Source: Lysobacteraceae bacterium
GTDB lineage: Bacteria; Pseudomonadota; Gammaproteobacteria; Xanthomonadales; Xanthomonadaceae
Assembly (NCBI GenBank): GCA_014879375.1
Contig: JACSSF010000087.1
Location: forward strand, 2,118-66,117
Direction: 5' to 3'
Length of the DNA: 64,000 bases
The first letter of the stretch is position 1. Every line of letters begins with the position of its first letter. Of this stretch, positions 1 to 7,963 are shown piece by piece. The notes under the pieces are model-generated. The model worked only from the letters and a program-made list of their open reading frames with translations. It was not told the origin of the DNA and did not search any database. Position numbers and translations under genes: made by a program.

Positions 1-2
1 GC

Positions 3-404
3 GACTACAAGTTGCATCTCAACCTCGCGCCGCCGCTGCTGGCCAAACGCAACGCCAAGGGCGAACTGATGAAGCGCGAATACGGCCCGTGGATGTTGAA
101 GGCCTTCGGCATGCTGGCCCGCTTCAAGGGCCTGCGCGGCGGCGCGTTCGACATCTTCGGTTATACCGCCGAGCGCAAGATGGAGCGCCAGTTGATCGGT
201 GATTACGAGGCGACCGTCGGCGGATTGCTGGAGAAGCTCGATGCCGGCAACGTCGCGTTGGCGGCGGAGATCGCCTCCATCCCCGAGCACATCCGCGGCT
301 TCGGTCACGTCAAGGAAGCGCACTTCGAGAAAGCCAAGGCGCGCGAAGCGGAATTGCTCAAAGAATGGGCGAACCCGCTGCGGGTGGTCATGCAGGCTGC
401 CTAA
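3..404 (+). CDS. 3' end of indolepyruvate ferredoxin oxidoreductase family protein (partial, starts before window)
   Basis: C-terminal motifs HLAPPLL, FDIFGYTAERKMER and IPEHIRGFGHVK are typical of fused IOR-family proteins; frame open from window edge to TAA at 402-404. Confidence 0.85.
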   Translation, partial: DYKLHLNLAPPLLAKRNAKGELMKREYGPWMLKAFGMLARFKGLRGGAFDIFGYTAERKMERQLIGDYEATVGGLLEKLDAGNVALAAEIASIPEHIRGFGHVKEAHFEKAKAREAELLKEWANPLRVVMQAA

Positions 405-416
405 GTCGTAGGATAG

Positions 417-449
417 GCACGACGATGCGGCGGCCCCGCATCGTCGCGC
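417..449. other. intergenic hairpin without U-tract
   Basis: CGACGATGCGG (420-430) / CCGCATCGTCG (436-446), 11-bp stem, 5-nt loop, just after the IOR stop. Confidence 0.5.
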
Positions 450-488
450 AAGACAGGGGGTTGCGCGCCCAGGCCGCGGGAGACCGCC

Positions 489-1376
489 ATGTCCTTGAAG
501 CGCATCTACGACAACTGGCAACAGCTCTACTCCGCCAGCGGAACACCCGGCAGCCGTGCACGTCGCCTGTGGCGTGAATATCTGAAGTCGCGACCATTGA
601 TCGCCTACTGGGGCGACTCGTGGTTCAGCACGCCGCTATACAAAAACCTCTACTGGAACAGTTTCGCGCGAATCGAAGGCATGTCGATCCGACTCGGCGG
701 CCCAGGCCTCAGCGCCGCCGAAATGTGCACGCCATCGCGCTGCGCCGACAATGCCGCGCGCTTCGCCGCCCGCGACTTCGACCTTTTGTGCGTCAGCATC
801 GGCGGCAATGATTGCCTGGGCGCGAACCTGCAACGCATCTTCGCGGGCAGTGGCCGCATGGATGCTGATCGCGCATTCCGGCGCGTGGTCGATGACGGCG
901 TGTTCGCGCGCCTGCGTGGACGCTACAGGACCCTGCTGACGCCGATGCAGCAGATCGGCCGACAGTTCCGCGTGGTCGGCCACAGCTACGTCCCGTTGTA
1001 TGTAGATGCGATTGGCGAGCGCGGGCAGGTCAACATCAAATCGTTGGGGCTGATCGCGCCTTTCATCGGCGCAGTCGGGCCGTGGTTGTGGCCGACGATG
1101 CGTCCCGTGCTGGGCAGCAAGACGGAGGCGGCGCGATTCGCGCGATGGCTGTTGGTCGATGGGTTTCGCGATCAAGTCTTGGTGCCCAGTCGTGACGAGT
1201 TCCGCGGGCTTTTCACCTTCGCCGATTTTTCATCGCTTGAAGAAAGCCTGGGACGCGACTTCTGGTTCGATGAAATCCACCCGACCGAGGCGGGCTTCGC
1301 CACCTTGTCGTTGGGCTTCAACGCGATGATCCAGGCCGCGCTGCCCACGCCCAAGCAGGCCGCCGTATTCGTTTGA
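489..1376 (+). CDS. SGNH/GDSL hydrolase family protein
   Basis: Blocks YWGDSWFS, SIGGND and DEIHPT; GGAGA RBS upstream. Confidence 0.75.
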   Translation: MSLKRIYDNWQQLYSASGTPGSRARRLWREYLKSRPLIAYWGDSWFSTPLYKNLYWNSFARIEGMSIRLGGPGLSAAEMCTPSRCADNAARFAARDFDLLCVSIGGNDCLGANLQRIFAGSGRMDADRAFRRVVDDGVFARLRGRYRTLLTPMQQIGRQFRVVGHSYVPLYVDAIGERGQVNIKSLGLIAPFIGAVGPWLWPTMRPVLGSKTEAARFARWLLVDGFRDQVLVPSRDEFRGLFTFADFSSLEESLGRDFWFDEIHPTEAGFATLSLGFNAMIQAALPTPKQAAVFV

Positions 1377-1452
1377 ACGAAGCGACATCACATAGTCCAC
1401 AAAAGAAAATGGCCCGCATGCGGGCCGTAGATCCAATCGCTGGTGCAGAGAC

Positions 1453-2259
1453 TCAAGGCACCGCCGTCGCCATCACCGGCAGGCTGCCGTTATGCAGCGC
1501 GCGTGCGGATGCGATGACTTGCCTCGCGCTCTTGCCGCGGCAACCGAACTGGCGCGAGCCCGCCAGCCATGGCGCGTCGTCGGCGTAGGAGAACACCAGC
1601 TGCTCGCCCTTGAGCGTGTCGATGACCTGGCGCGCGATGCCCTCGCGCAGTGCCGGGCAACCCTGGCTGCGGCCCAGGCGACCTTGGCGCTGGATCAGGT
1701 CCGGATTCGCGTACCACGCGCCGTGCATCACGATGGCGCGCATGCGGGCGTTGTCGTTGAAACCGGGATCCAGGCCGTCCATCCGCATCGAATAGCCGTT
1801 GCTGCCGTAATAGGTTTCGGCGGTGCGATACAGACCTAGGCTGGTCGCGAAGCTGCCCTCGACGTTGGAGAAACGGGTGGCGTATTTTTCACCACTGCCC
1901 TGGCCGTGGCTGACGTATTCGTTGAACAGCAGGCGCTCGTTGGCGAGATCGAACACCCACAGACGCTTGTCGGTAGACGGGCGCGAGTAATCGATCACCG
2001 CCAAGCGCGTATCCGCCGGGACATCGCCCGAGGCGACCGCACAGGCACGCGCTTCCACCGCCAGCGCCAGCACGCCCGGGTCAGCGGTCGGGGCGAGGCG
2101 TTGCAACTTGGCCAGCAGCACCTGGTCGGGATCAACCTGCACGGGCGCGACCACTTCAACCAGCTTGGGCGCGGCGGCCGTTTCGCGCTGCGGGGTGCTG
2201 GAGCAACTGGCCAGGGTGGAGGCAATGAGCACGATGAAGACGGCGTGAAGTCTTTTCAT
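1453..2259 (-). CDS. murein L,D-transpeptidase catalytic domain lipoprotein (YkuD_2-like)
   Basis: Lipobox LASC; IDYSRPSTDKRLWVFD, IVMHGAWY and GRSQGCPAL (His/Cys catalytic motif). Confidence 0.85.
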   Translation of the reverse strand: MKRLHAVFIVLIASTLASCSSTPQRETAAAPKLVEVVAPVQVDPDQVLLAKLQRLAPTADPGVLALAVEARACAVASGDVPADTRLAVIDYSRPSTDKRLWVFDLANERLLFNEYVSHGQGSGEKYATRFSNVEGSFATSLGLYRTAETYYGSNGYSMRMDGLDPGFNDNARMRAIVMHGAWYANPDLIQRQGRLGRSQGCPALREGIARQVIDTLKGEQLVFSYADDAPWLAGSRQFGCRGKSARQVIASARALHNGSLPVMATAVP

Positions 2260-2395
2260 TCCGTCGACGATACAGGCATAACTTCTTGATTTGCATGAAT
2301 ACGTCGCGCTTTGTTCGGCCGATTCGAATTCCGGGCCCTGCGTCCGTTTTGTTCATTTAAATGAATCCAACGGAGTACAGCGCCATCCCTACGGC

Positions 2396-3205
2396 TCAAG
2401 GCCGGGTAGGGGGCGGAAGCTGCTTGGCCGGATCGATCGCCGGGGTGGAAAACGGCTGGTAGCCGGCGCTGGTCGGGCTGGTCCCGCGGGGCGATGTGGC
2501 GGGGTTAGGTGAAGCCGGCGTCGATGCCGCATCGCCGGCTTCCCCGAGCACGATGCGTCCGTCGCCCATCACGGTCACCCGCTGGCTAGGCGGCTGGGCG
2601 GGCGGTGGCGGTGGCGGCGCGTCCGGAAAGATGTAGGCGCCGGTCACCGCATCCACCGGCGCGGCATTACCCGGGTGGGTGACTTCGGCATACTCGAACT
2701 CGTCCGCGACGATGACGCGGGTACCGACTTCGGTGATCGCATACAACTGCTCGGCCAGCTTGCGCGGCAGGCGGATGCACCCATGCGAGGCCGGATACCC
2801 CGGCACCGCGCCCGCATGCAGGGCGATGCCGTCCCAGGTCAGGCGCTGCATGAAGGGCATCGGCGCATCGTCATACAGGTTGGAATGATGGATGACGCGT
2901 TTTTGCAGGATCTCGAAATGCCCGGCCGGGGTATCGCGCCCGGCGCTGCCGGTGCTCACCGTGGTGAGGCCGATGCGCTTGCCGCCGCGATAGATGTGCG
3001 CGCGTTGCTCCGGCAGGCTGACCACCACCAGCACTGCGCCGCTCGGCGAGCGTTCGGGCTGCCAGACGTAGCTGCCAGGACGTGCAACACGCGATTCCAT
3101 CGTCGCGGGCGCGGCCTTCTTCTTCGCTGCCCATGCGGGCGATGCGCACAGCGACAGGCCGAGCCACAGCCCAAGCCCACATCGCCATGCCATGGTCATT
3201 TTCAT
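2396..3205 (-). CDS. L,D-transpeptidase family protein (YkuD) with Pro-rich tail
   Basis: Signal peptide; VSTG..TPAG and HAGAVPGYPASHGCIRL motifs. Confidence 0.88.
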   Translation of the reverse strand: MKMTMAWRCGLGLWLGLSLCASPAWAAKKKAAPATMESRVARPGSYVWQPERSPSGAVLVVVSLPEQRAHIYRGGKRIGLTTVSTGSAGRDTPAGHFEILQKRVIHHSNLYDDAPMPFMQRLTWDGIALHAGAVPGYPASHGCIRLPRKLAEQLYAITEVGTRVIVADEFEYAEVTHPGNAAPVDAVTGAYIFPDAPPPPPPAQPPSQRVTVMGDGRIVLGEAGDAASTPASPNPATSPRGTSPTSAGYQPFSTPAIDPAKQLPPPTRP

Positions 3206-3261
3206 CCAACGACGATATCGGGCGGCGGTGACGACGCGGTGAGCCCGCGCCGTGCGTCTGC

Positions 3262-5151
3262 TTACTTGCGCGCGCTGAAGATCGGGGTCAGCCAGTCGCG
3301 GGTGCCTTCGATACGCTCCAGCGCCGGGTAGCGCAGGCCGTCGTGGTAGTCGATGTTGATGTCGCGATAGCGATTGAAGTCCTTCACCAGCAGGCGGATC
3401 GGCGCGCTGCCGCCCTTGGCGCTGCGCACGGCATCGGCCAGCGCGGCGCTGCTGTATTCGACATCGTTCACCGCCACCACCGTCATGCCGGTGCCGATGC
3501 CGGCGTTGAAGGCCGGGCCATCCCAGCGCGTGTCGCCGACCTTGCCGTCCTTGCCGAGCGACAGGCCCAGTGAATAGACGAAGTCGCCATCGGTGCGCTT
3601 GCTTGCCTTGGCCGCGGCATTGGGCTCGTCCTTGTAGACCAGGCGCCAGCCGGTCGATTCGATGCTGTTCGCAAACGGCACGCGGCCTTCGATCCGATCG
3701 GACAGATAGGCCTTCCAGTCACCGGAATGCACGGCATTGAGCGCCGCAACCACGTCATCGAAAGTGTAAGGCGCGGGCACTTCCCACTGCCCGTCGTTGA
3801 TGCCGAAGAAGGCGCGGGCAAAGTCATCCAGCGACTTCTTGCCGCCGGTCTCAGTGCGGATCTTCGCGTCCACGCCCAGCCAGATCAGCTGGCCGGCGCT
3901 GTAGTAGTCCTCCGACAGCTGCCAGCTGCGGTACGGCTTGGGACGCCGCGCGGAGATGATCGGGTCGTTGGTGGTGTCGAGCACATTGCGCCAGGCGAGG
4001 CCCGGCCGGTTGTCCTGATAGGTCGCGACCACCATCGCCAAGGTGTCGCGCGAGCGATCCATCGGGCGCAGATTGGCACGCGCGGCCAGCACGTTGCCCC
4101 AGTACTGGGTCTGGCCCTCGTACACCCACAGCAGCGAGTCCTCCAGCGGCGTGTTGAGGTTGGGCACGAACTGGTCGGCCGGACGGCGGTACTTGCCGTT
4201 CCAACTGTGGGTCATCTCGTGCGGCAGCAGGTCGCCGCCGCCTTCCTTCGCGTTCCAGTCCTTGAAGTAATCGACACTCTCGCCGTTCTCGCTCGAGCGC
4301 TGGTGCTCCAGGCCGTTGCCGGCCATTTGGTCGGACAACGACAGCAGGAAGTCGTAGTGGTCGTAGTGCTCGCTGCCGAACAGTTTCAGCGCCTGCACCA
4401 CCAGCTCGCGATGCTGGGCGATGTGCTCGGGCTTGGTTTCCAGTTGCTTGGGATCGTCCGCGACCACGTTCAGGCGCACCGGGCGTTTGCCCGCGGGGGT
4501 GAGATCGATCTGCTTGTAATAGCGACCGGCATACACCGGCGAGTCAGCCAGGATGTCGAGCGACACCGGCTTGTAGACGATGGTGTCGCCGTTCTTCGCC
4601 TGCACGTCCAGCGCGGTGCCGGCCTGCCAGCCACTCGGGTACTTCACGCTGGGGCGGAACTCGATGCGCTGGCCGTTATAGCCAGCCGGATACAGCAGCA
4701 CCGCGTTCCATTGCAGGTTCAGCATCGAGGGCGTCATCACCACGCGCCCCTGCGAACCATCGGTCGGCGTCAGGTACTGGTAATCGGCGGTGATGCTGGC
4801 GACGCCCTCGGGGATGTCGAGGTGGAAGGCATACACATCGGCCGGGTCGCGCTTCCACGCCAGCTTCTGCCCACCGGCGTGGAACTCGATCCCGGCCAGC
4901 TTGTCGATCGGCCCGCGCGGCGCGTGATTGCCGGGCAACCACGCCGGATACAGCAGGGTCAGCTTGCCGGGCGCGACCGGAATGGTCTGCCGCACCTGCA
5001 TGATGCGCTGACCGAGATTGGTCGCATCCACCTCCACCGTGATCGGCCCCGGTGCGTAGGGCACGTCGCGCGGCGCCGGCACCTGTGCCTGCGCGTTGGC
5101 GGCAAGAATGAATGCGAGGGCGGCAACGATCGGGCGCAGCGGATGCTTCAT
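3262..5151 (-). CDS. M61 family (glycyl) aminopeptidase with C-terminal PDZ-like domain
   Basis: GLEH and HEMTHSWNGK (HExxH) plus LWVYEGQTQY; signal peptide from ATG 5151 (MKHPLRPIVAALAF). Confidence 0.88.
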   Translation of the reverse strand: MKHPLRPIVAALAFILAANAQAQVPAPRDVPYAPGPITVEVDATNLGQRIMQVRQTIPVAPGKLTLLYPAWLPGNHAPRGPIDKLAGIEFHAGGQKLAWKRDPADVYAFHLDIPEGVASITADYQYLTPTDGSQGRVVMTPSMLNLQWNAVLLYPAGYNGQRIEFRPSVKYPSGWQAGTALDVQAKNGDTIVYKPVSLDILADSPVYAGRYYKQIDLTPAGKRPVRLNVVADDPKQLETKPEHIAQHRELVVQALKLFGSEHYDHYDFLLSLSDQMAGNGLEHQRSSENGESVDYFKDWNAKEGGGDLLPHEMTHSWNGKYRRPADQFVPNLNTPLEDSLLWVYEGQTQYWGNVLAARANLRPMDRSRDTLAMVVATYQDNRPGLAWRNVLDTTNDPIISARRPKPYRSWQLSEDYYSAGQLIWLGVDAKIRTETGGKKSLDDFARAFFGINDGQWEVPAPYTFDDVVAALNAVHSGDWKAYLSDRIEGRVPFANSIESTGWRLVYKDEPNAAAKASKRTDGDFVYSLGLSLGKDGKVGDTRWDGPAFNAGIGTGMTVVAVNDVEYSSAALADAVRSAKGGSAPIRLLVKDFNRYRDINIDYHDGLRYPALERIEGTRDWLTPIFSARK

Positions 5152-5323
5152 GACGGGTTCCTGCAAGACAATCCCCCATCCTACCCACGCGGCGCCGGCG
5201 CACCCCTGCCAAAAGCCATGGTCGATGCCGCATCGGTCACGTTCGCAGGGCGCGGACGGCTTTCTTGATGGATCAGGCACGCATCAGGTGCGATGCTGCC
5301 GCTTTCTCCCCGTGGACATGCCC

Positions 5324-5614
5324 ATGCGCGCTTCGCTCCTGCTCGTCCCGATCGGCCTTGGCCTGCTGGCCGCCTGCGCCGCCACCCCGACTCCCGAACC
5401 TGCGCCGTCGCTGCACTGCGATATCGCCCCGGCCAACGGTTTCATCGGCAAGCGGGCCATCTACAGCGTGACCGAAGGAGCGCGCGAGGCCGCCGGCGCC
5501 AACAGCGTCCGCGTGCTGGGCCCGGGCGATGTCGCCACCATGGACTACCGCGGCGACCGCCTGAACATCATGGTCGATGGCGAGCGCATCATCACCCGCC
5601 TGAGCTGCGGTTGA
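5324..5614 (+). CDS. I78 family peptidase inhibitor lipoprotein
   Basis: Lipobox LAAC; VRVLGPGDVATMDYRGDRLNIMVD...CG; start could alternatively be 5318. Confidence 0.8.
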   Translation: MRASLLLVPIGLGLLAACAATPTPEPAPSLHCDIAPANGFIGKRAIYSVTEGAREAAGANSVRVLGPGDVATMDYRGDRLNIMVDGERIITRLSCG

Positions 5615-5654
5615 CCCATCGCCGGCTGACCGGCAACCGAGCCGCCGCGGTCAA

Positions 5655-5668
5655 TTGATCCGCATCAA
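5655..5668 (+). promoter_or_regulatory. FNR/ANR box upstream of hemN
   Basis: Perfect TTGAT-CCGC-ATCAA, centred 41.5 bp before ATG 5703. Confidence 0.9.
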
Positions 5669-5702
5669 GGCCGCTGCCACGCGAGTGCGGCAGTCTGCCG
5701 GA

Positions 5703-7094
5703 ATGAACCAGACCGCGCCGATCGATGCCGGGTTGCTGCGCCGCCACGACCGGCCCGGCCCGCGCTACACCTCCTACCCGACTGCGCCGCAGTTCGCCGC
5801 GGATTTCGGTGACGCCGCGCTGCGCGAGGCGATCGCCGCCAGCAACGGCGACCCCATTCCGCGCCGGCTGTCGTTGTACGTGCACGTGCCGTATTGCATG
5901 AGCCCGTGCTTCTATTGCGGCTGCAACCGCATCATCACCCGCGACAAGTCCCGCAGCGCGCCCTACATCGAGCGGCTCAAGCGCGAGATCGGCCTGATGG
6001 CCAGCCTGTTCGACCGCGACCGCGAGGTGATCCAGCTGCATTTCGGCGGCGGCACGCCCAACTTCTTCAGCCCGGTGGAGCTGCGCGAGATCGTCGACGA
6101 GATGCGCCGGCAGTTCCGTTTCTCCGACGCGCCCGACCGCGACATCTCGATCGAGCTGGATCCGCGCTTCGTCAACCCCGACGACATCGGTGCGCTGGCG
6201 GAAATCGGCTTCAACCGCGCCAGCCTGGGCGTGCAGGATTTCGATCCGGACGTGCAGGTGGCGGTCAACCGCGTGCAGAGCGTTGCGGAAACCCGCGCGG
6301 TGGTGGATGCCTGCCGCGAGCACGGCTTCCACTCGGTGAACATCGACCTGATCTACGGCCTGCCCAAGCAGACAGTCGAAGGCTTCGGCCGCACGCTCGA
6401 CACCGTGCTCGACATCCGCCCGGATCGCCTCGCGGTGTACAGCTACGCGCACCTGCCGGAGCTGTTCAAGCCGCAACGCCAGCTCAACGCCTACGACCTG
6501 CCCACCGCCGAGACCAAGACGGCGTTGTTGCAGCTCGCCATCGCGCGTCTGGTCGATGCGGGCTACGTGTACGTCGGCATGGATCATTTCGCCCTGCCCG
6601 ACGACGAACTGGCGCTGGCGCAGGCGCGCGGCGGCCTGCATCGCAATTTCATGGGCTATACCACCCACGCCGACAGCGACCTGATCGGCTTCGGCGTGTC
6701 GTCGATCAGCCACATCGGTGAGACCTTCAGCCAGAACCCGCGTACCCTGCCGGAGTGGGAACTGGCGATCGACGACGGCCGGCTGCCGGTGTGGCGCGGC
6801 CTGCGCATGACCGACGATGACGTGCTGCGCGGCGAGGTGATCCAGCAATTGATGTGCCAGGGGCGCATCGACAAGTCCCGCTTCGAGCGTCGCTTCGACA
6901 TCGATTTCGACGATTACTTCGCCGAGGCACTGGACCAGCTGCAGCCGCTGGCCTTTGAGGGCCTGGTGACGCTGCCGCCCGGCGCGATCCAGGTCACGTC
7001 GCAGGGACGCTATCTGCTGCGTATCATTGCGATGTGCTTCGATGCCTACCTGTCCACCGCCGCGCAAACGCCTCGCTTCTCCAAAGCGATCTGA
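5703..7094 (+). CDS. hemN: oxygen-independent coproporphyrinogen III oxidase
   Basis: GPRYTSYPTA, CMSPCFYCGC radical SAM motif, GMDHFA, HRNFMGYT; the ORF-track TTG start at 5655 is part of the FNR box. Confidence 0.95.
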   Translation: MNQTAPIDAGLLRRHDRPGPRYTSYPTAPQFAADFGDAALREAIAASNGDPIPRRLSLYVHVPYCMSPCFYCGCNRIITRDKSRSAPYIERLKREIGLMASLFDRDREVIQLHFGGGTPNFFSPVELREIVDEMRRQFRFSDAPDRDISIELDPRFVNPDDIGALAEIGFNRASLGVQDFDPDVQVAVNRVQSVAETRAVVDACREHGFHSVNIDLIYGLPKQTVEGFGRTLDTVLDIRPDRLAVYSYAHLPELFKPQRQLNAYDLPTAETKTALLQLAIARLVDAGYVYVGMDHFALPDDELALAQARGGLHRNFMGYTTHADSDLIGFGVSSISHIGETFSQNPRTLPEWELAIDDGRLPVWRGLRMTDDDVLRGEVIQQLMCQGRIDKSRFERRFDIDFDDYFAEALDQLQPLAFEGLVTLPPGAIQVTSQGRYLLRIIAMCFDAYLSTAAQTPRFSKAI

Positions 7095-7122
7095 CGCCGT
7101 GTGCACGCAGCAGGGCGGCGAG

Positions 7123-7875
7123 ATGACGCGGATGCTCAAGCATGCGCGCCCCGACCCGGGCATGGCCGATGACGGCGATGCGCTGAACTTCTGTAGTACC
7201 TGCGCGTTCTCCAGCGCCTGCCTGTCGCAGGGCTACGACAAGGCCAGCCTGCAGGAACTGCACGTGCTGGTCGATCACGTCGGCCCGTTCCCCGAGGGCA
7301 GCGAGCTGTTCCGCGAGGGCGATCCGTTCAACGCGATCGCCGCGGTGCGTGCGGGCATGGTCAAGACCTACGTGACCGACACCCATGGCCGCGAGAAGGT
7401 GCTGGGCTTCTACCTGCCGGGCGAGATCATCGGCCTCAACGCGATCCACAGCGAGCGCTATCCGTGCAACGCGGTCGCGCTCAACACGGTGATGCTGTGC
7501 CGGTTCTCCTTCCCCAAGATGGCGATGCTGGCCACCCGCATGCCGGGGCTGCAGCAGCAGCTCTTCCGCCTGCTCTCGGCCGACATCGGCAAGGCGCATC
7601 TGCTGGCCGGCGACTTCAGCGCCGACGAGCGCATGGCCGCGTTCCTGCTGTCGCTCTCGCGCCGTTACGCGCAGCGCGGTTATTCGGCGCAACGCTTCCA
7701 TCTGGCGATGCCGCGCACCGACATCGCCAATTACCTGGGCCTGGCGCCGGAGACGGTCAGCCGCGTGCTGCGCCGGCTGCAAGCCGAGGGCATCCTGCAG
7801 GTGGATCGCCGCGACTTCGAGATCCTCGACATGGCGGGGCTGGAAGCGCTGGCGCGCGACATCCTGCGCGACTAG
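7123..7875 (+). CDS. fnr: FNR/ANR-type Crp/Fnr transcriptional regulator with 4Fe-4S cysteines
   Basis: N-terminal CSTC-x5-C, central Cys (VMLCRF), HTH DIANYLGLAPETVSR; exact start uncertain (7123/7132). Confidence 0.88.
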   Translation: MTRMLKHARPDPGMADDGDALNFCSTCAFSSACLSQGYDKASLQELHVLVDHVGPFPEGSELFREGDPFNAIAAVRAGMVKTYVTDTHGREKVLGFYLPGEIIGLNAIHSERYPCNAVALNTVMLCRFSFPKMAMLATRMPGLQQQLFRLLSADIGKAHLLAGDFSADERMAAFLLSLSRRYAQRGYSAQRFHLAMPRTDIANYLGLAPETVSRVLRRLQAEGILQVDRRDFEILDMAGLEALARDILRD

Positions 7876-7891
7876 GCATAGCGGCCTTTGC

Positions 7892-7905
7892 TTGACCTGC
7901 GTCAG
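7892..7905 (+). promoter_or_regulatory. FNR/DNR-like box upstream of norB
   Basis: TTGAC-CTGC-GTCAG; -10-like CACGAT at 7928-7933 fits a -41.5 class II promoter. Confidence 0.75.
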
Positions 7906-7963
7906 CGCGCGCGCAGGTGCGCCGGAACACGATGACGACAACCCAAAGGAGGGTTTCATCATC

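Noticed and set aside
2286..2299. TTGAT-N4-ATGAA as an activating FNR site for the LDT gene
   Set aside because: A -41.5 geometry would put +1 inside the coding region; kept only as part of the paired-motif finding
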